From the NCBI RefSeq assembly GCF_006345805.1, contig NC_042997.1, positions 72,044,001 to 72,108,000 of the forward strand: 64,000 nucleotides of DNA. The letters are read 5' to 3'. Positions 41,631 to 52,662 of the stretch are shown in pieces. The DNA comes from Octopus sinensis. Its lineage: Eukaryota. The notes beneath the pieces are model-generated. The model was not told where the DNA came from, made no database searches, and worked only from the letters and a program-made list of their open reading frames with translations. Both the position numbers and the translations under genes were made by a program. Each line of letters begins with the position of its first letter. The first letter of the stretch is position 1.

Positions 41631-42469
41631 TTTATATATAAAAGAAAGGTTGTGTGTCTGTCTACTCCGATTTAGATTCCTAACTACTCCCACATTTTGC
41701 GATGCAGTTTAACCAAAACCGGGTATCTTATAGTCGTGATTCATATCGAGGCCTTCTGGGTATTAGCGCGCGTCTACGATGAGTCTATGATTTTCCAAAT
41801 AATTTACCATCATTTTTTTCCATTTTAATGCATATTTTTAAAAATAAACGGAAGTAACTCTCAAACTTCACACCAATATGCGTGCTCATATGCGACGTAA
41901 TATCACATCACCAGCATTTCCTCACACTCTCCTTGCACTTGGCGAAGGCAAAATACCAGGGGATGAAAATGGTAATATTGCCATCGATTCCATTTGTACC
42001 ATTGTTAAGACGCCTTCTGATCTCAGAGATGCAGTGTTCCCAGATTTACAAGCTAATTATCAGAATATGGATTGGATTGGCAAAAAGGCTTATAGGCCCC
42101 GAGGAATAAAACTGTTCACCATATTAATGATGAAATGCTAAAACTCATTCCTGGGGAAGTCGATGTATATCAGTCTATCGATACAACTCCTGACCAGAGG
42201 ACGTCATCAACTATCCAATAGAGGTACTCAATTCCTTTGAGCACCCCGGACTACACCACACTTTCTCAAACTTAAAGTTAGTCCCTATAATGCTCATCAG
42301 AAATTTGGTTCCCCCAAAACAATGCAATGGCACACGTTTGGCGTTAAGTCCTTATCTCCCACCGTAAGCTTATTTCAATATTTGCCTGAATAATCATCAT
42401 AATTCAGTGCAATCATTAACAGTACTTTCAAGCAATTCAGCCCCGAGCAACGCCGGGCAATTCTGCTAG
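41631..42469 (+). mobile_element. Helitron with an internal Pif1-like helicase fragment, in tandem with the previous copy
   Basis: Same 5' module as 41242; 3' CCCGAGCAACGCCGGG..CTAG|T at 42466-42469. Confidence 0.85.
41876..42370 (+). pseudogene. Helitron Rep/Hel helicase fragment
   Basis: FPHTLLALGEGKI..DLRDAVFPDL..NMDWI, INDEMLKLIPGEVDVYQSID, YPIEVLNSFEHPG, IMLIRNLVPPKQCNGTRL; frameshifted. Confidence 0.85.
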
Positions 42470-42652
42470 TTTCAAATAAATACTATTTACTTCGTAATTT
42501 TTATACTTATATATGTATATATACATGCATACTTATATGTGCATATATACATGCATACAGACACACACACTAACGCACGTACACACACACACACACACTC
42601 ACACTCACACAAACACATACATACACAAAAGAAAACTGACCATATTTTTTAA

Positions 42653-42915
42653 TCTCTTATTATAAAAGGCAGATTTTATCTGCCTCCCTTTGGGAGTTAT
42701 ACAAATCTACAATATAGGATTTCTTCAATTACAATTTACCTAGCATTTTTAAGAGTACAATGCATCGCGTCATGCCAGGTCCATTTTTAAAATTTAAACT
42801 CCAATTAAGCAAAATTTACAGAAAACTCACATTCAGGTGTGTGTGTCAATGCTTTTCTTAGTCTGGTTTACACACCACGCAAACGCACACACACAGTGGG
42901 CAACGAATAAAGTGA
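42653..42915 (+). mobile_element. Helitron-like 5' module, copy 3
   Basis: Near-identical to 39172 and 39829; shorter. Confidence 0.55.
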
Positions 42916-43484
42916 AACTAGATGTAATATTTGTTTCTCTCTATCACGCTGATAGATACATGAGTAAAATGTATGGGAGCTAACACATAAGTGTGAGTGA
43001 AAATGTTCTTGGAAGAGAGTAAATAGCCAGAGATAGTGATTTGAGGAAGACTTTACATTAAATAACCATAGTGGCTTTGCGTTAGTAATAAAGTAAACAT
43101 ACACTCATACATACATACATACATACATACATACATACATACACACACACACATACATACATACACACACACATACATACATACACACATACATACATAC
43201 ATACATATACATACATACATATACATACATACATACACACACACATACACACACACACAGTATTGAAGCTTGAGAACAATCAGATACATTTGCAACACAT
43301 CTGTTGAAAATATTATTGTTCACACACATACATATACATATATACATACAGACAGACAGACAGATAGACACACACACACACACACACACACATGATCCAG
43401 CATGGCCACAACCTCAAGGCTGAACATATAAAAGAATAACAGAATATAAATGTGTGCATGTGTGTGAGAGAGAGAGTGTGTGTG

Positions 43485-43516
<32 letters not shown>

Positions 43517-43529
43517 TGTATATGTATGT

Positions 43530-44000
43530 ATATTAATAATGCGTTTTTTTCAACAGCTTGAACTAAAAGTCAGAGGGGAATGGGATAAACTACTTATATT
43601 AACTTGCTATAAAAGCAGGTAGTAATTTTATCTTGTCCTTATTCATAGTGCAAGTTTTGAAGAGTGCATTTCGATTTTAACAGCTATTTTTTTCAAAGCT
43701 ATATTGGAACAGCCTAGAAGACGAGCCTCATCCTGAAAGATCTGTAGAACTCGACAAGGACATCCTGAAAGATCTGTAGAACTCGACAAGGACATCCTGA
43801 AGACCCTGGTGGAACAAAATCTCATCGTAACTGTTGAGGAACTAGCAGAGAAGCTTGGATTTGGTCATTCAACCATTCATTGAGACCTGTGTGCTATCGG
43901 AAAAGTCAGCAAATTGGGTCAATGGGTTCCTCACGAACTTTCCGAGTCTAATTGCATGCAGAGAGTGAATGTATGCTTTTCTTTGCTGTCACATCTCACC
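43530..44000 (+). mobile_element. mariner N-terminal fragment
   Basis: LEDEPHP..ELDKDILKTLVEQN..TVEELAEKLGFGHSTIH..KLGQWVPHELSE; contains a 30-bp tandem duplication at about 43729-43800. Confidence 0.85.
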
Positions 44001-44018
44001 ACTACTGCGCTATGTATA

Positions 44019-44653
44019 TCTATATATATAAAACTGTAGTTGTGTGAGTGTCTGTCCCCTTCGATTTAGATTCCTAACTACTCCCACATTTTGCGGTGCA
44101 GTTTAACCAAATTCGGTAGCTTATAGTCGTGATTCATATCGAGCCCGTCTGAGTATTAGCGCGCGTCTACGAGAGTCTTACGATTTTAAAAATAATTTAC
44201 ATCATTTTTTATTCCATTTTAATGCATAATTTTTCGTGTGTCGATGGCGGCGGAGTTGGCGTCCACGCTCACACCTGCACCTGTGGGGAAGGGAGTGTAA
44301 GGAAATCAACGTCGTAATGCGTTGTCAAGGAGACCAGCGTTCTTTTAGAACAACGACTTCATGGCTTGAAGACACCAAAACAGAAATGGCTAAGAAAGCG
44401 TCTACATGAGTCTACGATTTAAAAAAAAATTTACCATCGTTTTTTTCCATTTTAATGCATTTTTTCGCTATTATATAAGGGAAGTAACTCTCTAAAAATG
44501 TCTACGATGAGTCAACGATTTTTCAAAAAATTTACCATCATATTTTTTTTCATTTTTTATGCATTTTTTGCTATTTTTTGGCTATAACTCTCTAAAAATG
44601 CTTATATAGTTATTTCCCTTACAAACCCGAGCAACGCCGGGCGATACTGCTAG
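44019..44653 (+). mobile_element. Non-autonomous Helitron with canonical termini
   Basis: A|TCTATATATATAAAA ... CCCGAGCAACGCCGGGCGATACTGCTAG|T; same family as 41242. Confidence 0.9.
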
Positions 44654-44744
44654 TATACGTATAAATTATAAACATATTTTAAATATGCTAATGAGAGATT
44701 GGCTTTGGGTGCTACTTAGTCTTCTGCATATAAAGCGTAAATAT

Positions 44745-44960
44745 AGAACTCTTTTACTCTTTTACTTGTTTCAGTCATTTGACTGCGGCCGTGATGGAGC
44801 ACCGCCTTTACTCGAGCAAATAGACCCTGTTCTTTGTAAGCCTAATACTTATTCTATCGGAGTCTTTGCTGAACTACTAAGTTACGGGGACGTAAACACA
44901 CCAACACCAGTTGTCAAGCGGCAATTATGGACACACAATAACACAAGGACACACACACAC
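44745..44960 (-). mobile_element. SINE family B, 3' part
   Basis: CTTGTTTCAGTCATTTGACTGCGGCC..AAGTTACGGGGACGTAAACACACCAAC. Confidence 0.75.
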
Positions 44961-45029
<69 letters not shown>

Positions 45030-45166
45030 CGGAGATTTACTTGCATAGCAAGTGATTTGATCTGAGATCGTGTGCTGAAACGAAAACAATTGCAGCGTGG
45101 AAGGTGTTTGTAAGCCATTTAAGAAACGCACAAAAGCCGTTCGATTCACTTCAACATTTAAGTTTA

Positions 45167-45217
45167 TTTGTCAAAATATTTTCGTCGCTATAAGACCGCG
45201 ACCTGTTCACTGACAAA
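45167..45217 (-). ncRNA. Minimal type I hammerhead, G3-C8 variant
   Basis: TTTGTCA GTGAACA G GTCGC GGTCTTATA GCGAC GAAA A TA TTT TGACAAA. Confidence 0.65.
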
Positions 45218-45236
45218 AATCCGTGCTGCACGGATT

Positions 45237-45287
45237 TTTGTCAGTGAACAGGTCGCGGTCTTAAAGCGACGAAAATATTTTGACAAA
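45237..45287 (+). ncRNA. Minimal type I hammerhead, G3-C8 variant
   Basis: Stem I TTTGTCA/TGACAAA (7 bp), core GTGAACA 45244-50, one extra G, stem II GTCGC/GCGAC, GAAA 45271-74, palindromic AATATT stem III, predicted cut after 45280. Confidence 0.65.
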
Positions 45288-45387
45288 TTAAACTTAAATG
45301 TTGAAGTGAATCGAACGGCTTTTGTGCGTTTCTTAAATGGCTTACAAACACCTTCCACGCTGCAATTGTATATATATATATATATAG

Positions 45388-45571
45388 GAGAGTTTACGAA
45401 AAAAAACAAAAGACGAAGACAAGGTGGTGTACAAAACAAACAGATGTATTAGTATAACGCTCGGGAATAGAAAAAGTCTTTTAGGCTTCGAGCCTATGCT
45501 TTTCTACAGAAAGGGACACAGAAAAAACAAGGAGAGAAAAAATGTGTGTAGTGGCTAACGATCTATCATGG

Positions 45572-45572
<1 letters not shown>
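45388..45572 (-). mobile_element. Short hammerhead-bearing terminal-repeat-like module (family D) in (TA)n
   Basis: Homologous to 49270-49435 (shared TATTC..CCCGAGCGT.A.ACTAATACA.CTG). Degenerate hammerhead at 45478-45513: CTTT CTGTAGA A AAGC ATAG GCTC GAAG CCTA AAAG. Confidence 0.65.
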
Positions 45573-45602
<30 letters not shown>

Positions 45603-45605
<3 letters not shown>

Positions 45606-45750
45606 GACAGGCGTCTTTCAGTTTCTCTCCACCAAATCCACTCTCAAAGTTTTTGCTGGCCGAGGCCATAGTAGAAGACATCGAAGGTGCCACGCAGTGG
45701 AATTGAACCTGGAACCATGTTGTTGGGAAGCAAGGTTCTTACCACACAGC
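45603..45750 (-). mobile_element. SINE family B, 5' part
   Basis: TACGACAGGCGTCTTTCAGTTTC..GGCCATAGTAGAAGACA..GGAATTGAACCTGGAACC. Confidence 0.7.
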
Positions 45751-46375
45751 TACATCTGCGCCTAAAGTATGTATGTGTGTATGTAAGTACTCATGCATGT
45801 ATGCATGTATCCATGTACGTCAGGTTAGTCTTAGTGCTACTAGTAACATATAATCCAGTACTTGTCGCACGGTGGGACCAATGGTGACTTAAACCGACAA
45901 ATTTACCAAACCCACTGGGTAAGGGGTGGGGTCATTGGAGACCTTACAGGATGGAAATGAAATGTCAAAGGATCGTTGTACTCAGTATGGTGAACGGTCA
46001 TCCAACAGCTAGAGTCTTTGTTTAGACAACTCTCTAGATGAAGGAAATTCTAATATAACACCTGCTTCATTACGAAGGCGGAAATATTGCTCTTGATTGT
46101 TTCTGGACGTTTTGGTTTTGTAAGTGAGATATTTTTTTGGCGGTGTTTCAGCACGAGCATTGTTGACAGCAATTGTCTTTAATATCTAGGATAAGATTTT
46201 GTCAGTGCTGGCCACAGTCGTTTACAAGTTGATGGCCACCATGCATATATTTATGTATGCGCGTTTACGCATACATAGGCTCTATGAAATTTCTGTGAAT
46301 ACGTATTGAGCATTGTTTTTACCAAAAACGAAATAATTCAGCTATTAACCTCGCTTTTACATCTCTCTCACACAC

Positions 46376-46406
<31 letters not shown>

Positions 46407-46937
46407 AAGACGCATACAGGAATACACCACACTCTCAAAGACAACATGTCTCTGCATGCATTTGTGGAGATGCGCGGGCGCGAGCGTGTGTGCATGTGTG
46501 TGCGCGCGCGTGTACTCCGTCTGTTGCTCTATATTTTGACGATCCACTATAGTAACACAACGATTACTACTTCTGACATTACTTTATGGAGATAACACAG
46601 TGGATCAGATTAATTCTTACACTTGACTGGTCCATATTTATCCACTCAGAAGGATAAGAGATTAATTCCATCTCGGCGATATTTCAATTCTAGTAGTAAA
46701 GCAAGACGGTTTTTCTAAACCTCTGCTTAATTTCTCACTTCATAATGATAATTTCTAATGAAGGTACAACAGGGCCGTATATTTCTTTTTGTGGGCGAAG
46801 AAAAGGTAACTGTTTTGATAAATCTCATCACTTCACTGAGTCTTATTTTAGCGAACCCAAGTATAAAAGTCAAAGTGAATTTTAACGGTATTGGACCCGA
46901 GAATTTCAAGGGACTTAACTCAATTTGGTAAGGCGTT

Positions 46938-47009
46938 GTATCCGTCGCATAACGGATACTGCAATCTACGCCCTTCCTCTCGCGACCGAATGGTATAAAT
47001 AGCGGAAGT
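46938..47009 (+). promoter_or_regulatory. Candidate core-promoter-like motif cluster
   Basis: 8-bp hairpin GTATCCGT/ACGGATAC, TCTCGCGA 46978-85, TATAAATA 46994-47001 and ETS-like GCGGAAGT 47002-09, in a repeat-poor, CpG-retaining stretch. Motif matches only. Confidence 0.25.
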
Positions 47010-47596
47010 AAAGAGAAATAACTCAGGCTGGTGATATTGACAAATATGCCGCTGAGATATGTCAGAGTAACAAGTGATTTTGTTGGGATTTTGTTTTCCG
47101 TTTGAAAATAAAAGAATAAATAAATAATTGGATAACGGTTGAGAGTGGAAGCTGAGAGCAAAAGTAAGGGGGTTGTTCTTATATGCCCTGCTGTCCTTCT
47201 CTCATCAGCATCCTCTCCTCTCAACGTGATTTACCCTCTTTCCCGAAATAGTTCGCCTTAACCTATTCCACCTCCCCCACCACTACCACCACCCCAACCC
47301 TCATTCCTACTATCCACCACATCATCACCCTCCTCCCAACCCTTCCACTCTCCCTTTCATCCCATAAACCCGCATCATGTTCAAGATAAGGTGAAGTGAA
47401 TTTCTTCTCTCTCTTCCTATATCTCCCCCTCTCTCTCTTTTCACAAACACACACACATATTTAGAAACATACATATGTACACGCGTGTACATGCGTGTGT
47501 ACTCTCCTACTGTCCATCACCCCAACCGATTCAAAAACTTTCCAAATAGTTGTGAAAGAGATAGAGAGATAATACGCGCGCACATACGCACGCACG

Positions 47597-47663
<67 letters not shown>

Positions 47664-48820
47664 GCGCACGCCGTCTTACACTTTCTGTCTCAATTTCCCG
47701 TCCATTTTGTCTTTACTTGCTTCTTCCTCGTTCTCTCGCTTTCCACATCTGCTCACTATCTTACTTCGTACCTTCAATCCACTTTATCTGTCTTAGTACC
47801 CTTTTCTTTAATGCTTTCTATATGCACTCACTAGCGTACATGTACACACACGTACACACACGTACACATACGCACATCCACTCATTTAAATAGTTATGAC
47901 TATAGTATCATAAAATAAATGTCTATACTATATGTGTATTATATGAGTGTGTCTGTACTATATTATACACATGCGCGCGCACATATGAATGTGTGTATGC
48001 GTGCGCGTTTGTATTAAAAAATTAGTCTACAATAATTTTCGGTTTATAAATCCTAATATAGCATGCGTGTATGAGAATCCAAAATATTCCGATTTCGACC
48101 TATTTACGTGCCATTCAACTCAGTGGCACGAGAAAGGCAAATGCTATCTAGACCCTGTTCATCGAACCCAATATTGATGACCATTCTCTCCTCCCTTTGT
48201 GCATCTTTTAATGTCTGTGCATTCCAGTCCTTTATGCTTTAGCTTCGGTTGCACACGGTACATGTACAAATTTGTTCAGAAAAGCCAGGTGTGACTCATG
48301 TTCAATGTTCTTTTATCGCTTTGTGCTTTTCTCATCCATATCAAATCCCTTTCAACAGTAAGCCTGTCAAAGTGAGCAGCAGGTAGTGATCTCTTCCAGA
48401 AAGGAAGAGAAGGGTGGCGCCGCTCTTTTTTCTTTTTAAAGCTTTTCTGGGATACGTGAGTCAGACATATCCGAGCGGGTTGATGCCTAGGTAATCAACG
48501 ACTCTAATGTTCTGTTCGACAGAGAATTTCTGTTGTTGACAATGAAGCGCTGCCTAGGTATCCGAATTAAGAGGGTATGGCTACTTGTTCTTGTTGCTTT
48601 TGTTGAAAGAAAGAAACCATAGAGAGGATGGTGAAGTATGCCGCTCATAGATTACCTCAGTTCTGTCATTAGTTGTAACGGCACATGTACATAGTACGTG
48701 TGTGTGTGAGTGTGCATGCATACACATTTATATATATATATATATAATATATATATAATACATACACACACATAAATATATATATTATATATATATATAT
48801 AATATATATATGCACACACA

Positions 48821-48851
<31 letters not shown>

Positions 48852-48855
48852 CACA

Positions 48856-48913
<58 letters not shown>

Positions 48914-49269
48914 TATAATATATATATATATACACATATATATATATGTATACATATATTTCTCTTAGGCATTGCGATACTAACAACCTGGTATAGAAAT
49001 AAATATACATATGCTTTAGAACGAAGCGTTAGTCGAGTACAGAGAGGTAATAAAAAAGTAAGAGGATAAAGGAATAAATGATTATCTATTGAACTCCATT
49101 AGCTTACAGCTGTTTCTGCTATAGGATGCAGTGAGCTGATACTTGACTGCCTGAATAACTCCTTATAGCTACAATCGAAGCTTCAAATATTCCTTCGTCA
49201 TCTCATTTTCATATGTGTGTGTGTGTGTGTGTGTGTGCGTGCTCGCGCGCGCCCGTATGTGTGTGCGCG

Positions 49270-49435
49270 TTTTTTCTTTGTTCTATGTCCATTTTATACC
49301 TCACAACACTTTCTGTCGAAGTGCGTAGGTTCGAAACGTCAAAAATTTTACTATTCTTCCCGAGCGTCAAACTAATACACCTGTTAGCTGTTCCCTCACC
49401 TATCTTTGTCTTTATCTTTCTGTAAATTTGAACTA
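49270..49435 (+). mobile_element. Short hammerhead-bearing module (family D)
   Basis: Homologous to 45388-45572; runs into (TA)n. Confidence 0.65.
49310..49343 (+). ncRNA. Minimal hammerhead-like motif, U at position 6
   Basis: TTT CTGTCGA A GTGC GTAG GTTC GAAAC GTC AAA: zero-loop ACGT stem III, GUC triplet, one mismatch in stem II. Confidence 0.5.
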
Positions 49436-49574
49436 TATATAAATATATGTGTGCATGTGTATACATTTACATGTATATACATACATACATACATACATAC
49501 ATACATACATACATACATACATACATACATACATACATGCATGCATGCATGCATGCATATACACACATGCATAC

Positions 49575-49987
49575 CCTCTGAGAACCCAATAAGGTTCGAA
49601 AATCGATTAAGGTTTTCATCATTTTTTTCAGCCTGTGGAGAAATGGTTAAAAATTTGCCCTGCTTATAATTATACCGTATGTTACATATTTATCATTATA
49701 CTTTGATACTGTGTGGACTAAGATCTTGGTTGACAGGCCGCTGGTATATACAGTGTTAAACACTTTCGGTGTGCAAATTAGGGACACCTTCATAGAGTAA
49801 CTGCTGCATTTGTTGAGTATATAAACAGTTTGGCTGCTTGTTTCTCTGGAGACTGTCAAAATGATGTAGACGCCTCTGATAAGAATCCAATAAGGTTCGA
49901 AAATTGATTAAGGTTGAGGTTTTTTTCAGTCTGCGGAGAAATGGCTAAAAATTTGCATGGTTTGTAATTATACCATATGTGACATAT
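49575..49987. repeat. Two imperfect ~115-bp direct repeats
   Basis: CCAATAAGGTTCGAAAAT.GATTAAGGTT..GGAGAAATGG.TAAAAATTTGC..AATTATACC.TATGT.ACATAT at 49575-49689 and 49873-49987. Confidence 0.85.
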
Positions 49988-50371
49988 ATATACACTTTTA
50001 AGCAAACAACCTTGGCGCGAACAAAATGGAAATCTTCGTGTCAAAATGGTATGATACTTTGTTTCAAAACAGCTTTAATGGGCTTATGGGGTGTGGTATA
50101 GGAGAAAACTGGCCGCAAATATACCGCCTGTACCAACCTCCAATCCTTATACTTGCAACATCTGTGGGCTTATTTGCAAATCGGTCACGGGACTCAAATG
50201 TTACATTCGACAGGAGCATTATGACTAAGAAAGAAAATGTAGATTGTCGGATCCTAATATCTCGAAACCGACGGAGAGTCCATGTATATACATACATACA
50301 TACATACATACATAAGTTATATGTGTTTGTGTGTGTATCCTTGTGTGCATGTGTGTGTATATGTATATATA

Positions 50372-50466
<95 letters not shown>

Positions 50467-51117
50467 ATATATACACTCACATAAATGTACGTACATACAT
50501 ATATGATGATTATTACTCGATTTCGAGTAATGCCATCCCTTGGCTGTTCAGTGAAACATAAGCGGCAGTCTTTTCAGTATTGTTACGAACTTATTCTTTT
50601 GCATAGATGCAGTAACAATGGGTAGGTACTGTTATGTAAGACTCTCAGAAAAACTCTGAAGAGACTTTTATCAAGGTAAATTACATCCATCTTTGAACTA
50701 GAAGTTTCGCGTCGTATAGCTTATAGTAAGTCCTGTGCTTATTTGCAGGTAATACCTTCCTTCATGGTTACCTGCCAGTTTCCGTCTTTCCTCTGGATCG
50801 AGTGTAACCACGACGCACATGAGAGTTTAATATTCATTAGATAACATTAATAATACATAGCTCAAATCTAATACGTGGCACAGCACTAAAATGACGAGTA
50901 ATGAAAGAACGATTTTAAGATACAAATCGGTAACTTAATGCAATTATCACCAATGCCACTAGCAGTAGGTGTTGCAGTATTGTTTCGGTGAAACTTCGTA
51001 AGACCTTTCAGTCTGCATCCTGGTACAAGTTTTTTTCTACACTAGTAGAGATGCTGTATAATGTATAATTAACAATCTCCTTGTGTGTGTGTGTCTCAGT
51101 GTGTGCATGTGTGTATG

Positions 51118-51156
<39 letters not shown>

Positions 51157-51197
51157 GTGTGTGTGGCTTTTCTAATGACTTCTGAGGCCTGCTTTAC

Positions 51198-51455
51198 CAG
51201 TGGTTCTCAACCATTCTTTACTTATGCCCCCTACACACATACTTTGTTTCCTATTTTACTCTACTGGACCCCCATAGCCATTTGATGCTTAAAAATTTCT
51301 ATTATATTTTTATAATTAAGCATTATTGTGTAAAAACAATTGTTAAAACATTTTGCATATTGTAGAAGTATAACCAATTTATTGCTCATAAATTTTAAGG
51401 AGAAAATTTTATATGGACCCCCAAGGACCATAAGGACCCCAGTTGAGAACCACTG
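51198..51455. mobile_element. hAT (Charlie-like) MITE
   Basis: Perfect TIRs CAGTGGTTCTCAAC/GTTGAGAACCACTG; no intact 8-bp TSD. Confidence 0.8.
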
Positions 51456-51474
51456 ACTGACAGACACCACACAC

Positions 51475-51790
51475 ACGTTACATGTTAAATCAGGCTTTGC
51501 GTTAACATATTCAGGCATCTTAACGTTAATACCCTTACGAATATCTCTCCTGTGTTTTTCATGTTCGATAGGATTTCGTTCGAACTTTCTCCTTCCATCA
51601 TGCATTGCTTTCTTCCACAATGAACAATCTAAAGTGAGCTTTTCCCATCCATTCTCAAGATATTTATTTTCTGAAGTACATTTTTCGTGCGGTCTTGATA
51701 ACGTAATTTCGATTTATGCGCTGGTCTTTTACTCTGGACCAACTCAAAATATACAAATCGCTTGGGGATCTGATCATCTTCCATCCTAAC
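51475..51790 (-). mobile_element. RTE LINE C-terminal fragment
   Basis: VRMEDDQIPKRFVYFELVQSKRPAHKSKLRYQD..WEKLTLDCSLWKKAMHDGRRKFE..KHRR..LTCNVC. Confidence 0.8.
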
Positions 51791-52282
51791 CTCATAACGC
51801 TCCATGGTGCTCGGTGCTGAGGTAAGAAGTACATTATATTGGTAGTCTAACTCCGTTCGGGGACTTCAACGCCACTTACATATATGTCTAACATCGGACA
51901 CTCAGGACCCGGCGGAGACACTGATGAGGAAATCACTATAGACTTTTCATGTCTCGAAGAAGTAACCCTGGTCTCACGTGAATAGGAACGAAAGCAAAGC
52001 ACAAATATTCTAGACCTTCGACTTTGTCTCAGTTGAAATTCGGCGCCGAAACCATAAACATCTATGGTCTTTTCGAAACGCATTACTAACTTTCTAGATT
52101 CGGAGGAAGAATTCATCTCTAAGAGTATTTTCATGTTTTCATATTTATCTACAATATCTCTCCAGACGTATGAATGACTGGGTCAGAATACTTTGACTAG
52201 ATCAAAATACACACACACAAACTCAGAAGCACACACATGCATTCATATTTATATGCATACACAAGCATAACACATACATACA

Positions 52283-52316
<34 letters not shown>

Positions 52317-52662
52317 CATGCGCGCACACTCACACACACACATTCACACACATACACACACTCACACACACACATATACATACTAACACTTACGCACAGA
52401 AAACTGTTACACTTACATTAATTTTTTCAATTGTGTTGTTTACTATGAAGTGTAAAATTGTTTCGTCGCTCTTAATGTCTAAGAAACTGACACAATTTCG
52501 CCGTTTCCGAGAGTGAATACAACAGCTTTATATATGTTTTATATGGCAAAAATGCCTATTACATGATATAATTGTTTTAGTCTCAACATACGTTCTCAGA
52601 TTAAATCACTTGTCAAACAAGTACAAACTTCGTAATATATATATGTGCGTATATGATATATA

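Larger units (their letters stand above)
45027..45368 (-). mobile_element. Hammerhead fold-back element (family F1), intact
   Basis: Near-perfect palindrome 45087-45368 centred on CCGTGC T GCACGG (45227), plus unique tail 45027-45086; flanked by (TA)n. Confidence 0.9.

Noticed and set aside
46727-47224. 165-aa minus-strand ORF
   Set aside because: No recognisable domain, start lies in low-complexity purine-rich sequence, and no convincing splice sites.
51915-52085. Hammerhead-like pieces (GAGACA-CTGATGA..TGTCTC; GAAAC-CATA..TATG-GTC)
   Set aside because: The pieces cannot be assembled into one complete fold: the first lacks stem II and a valid NUH, the second lacks the core.
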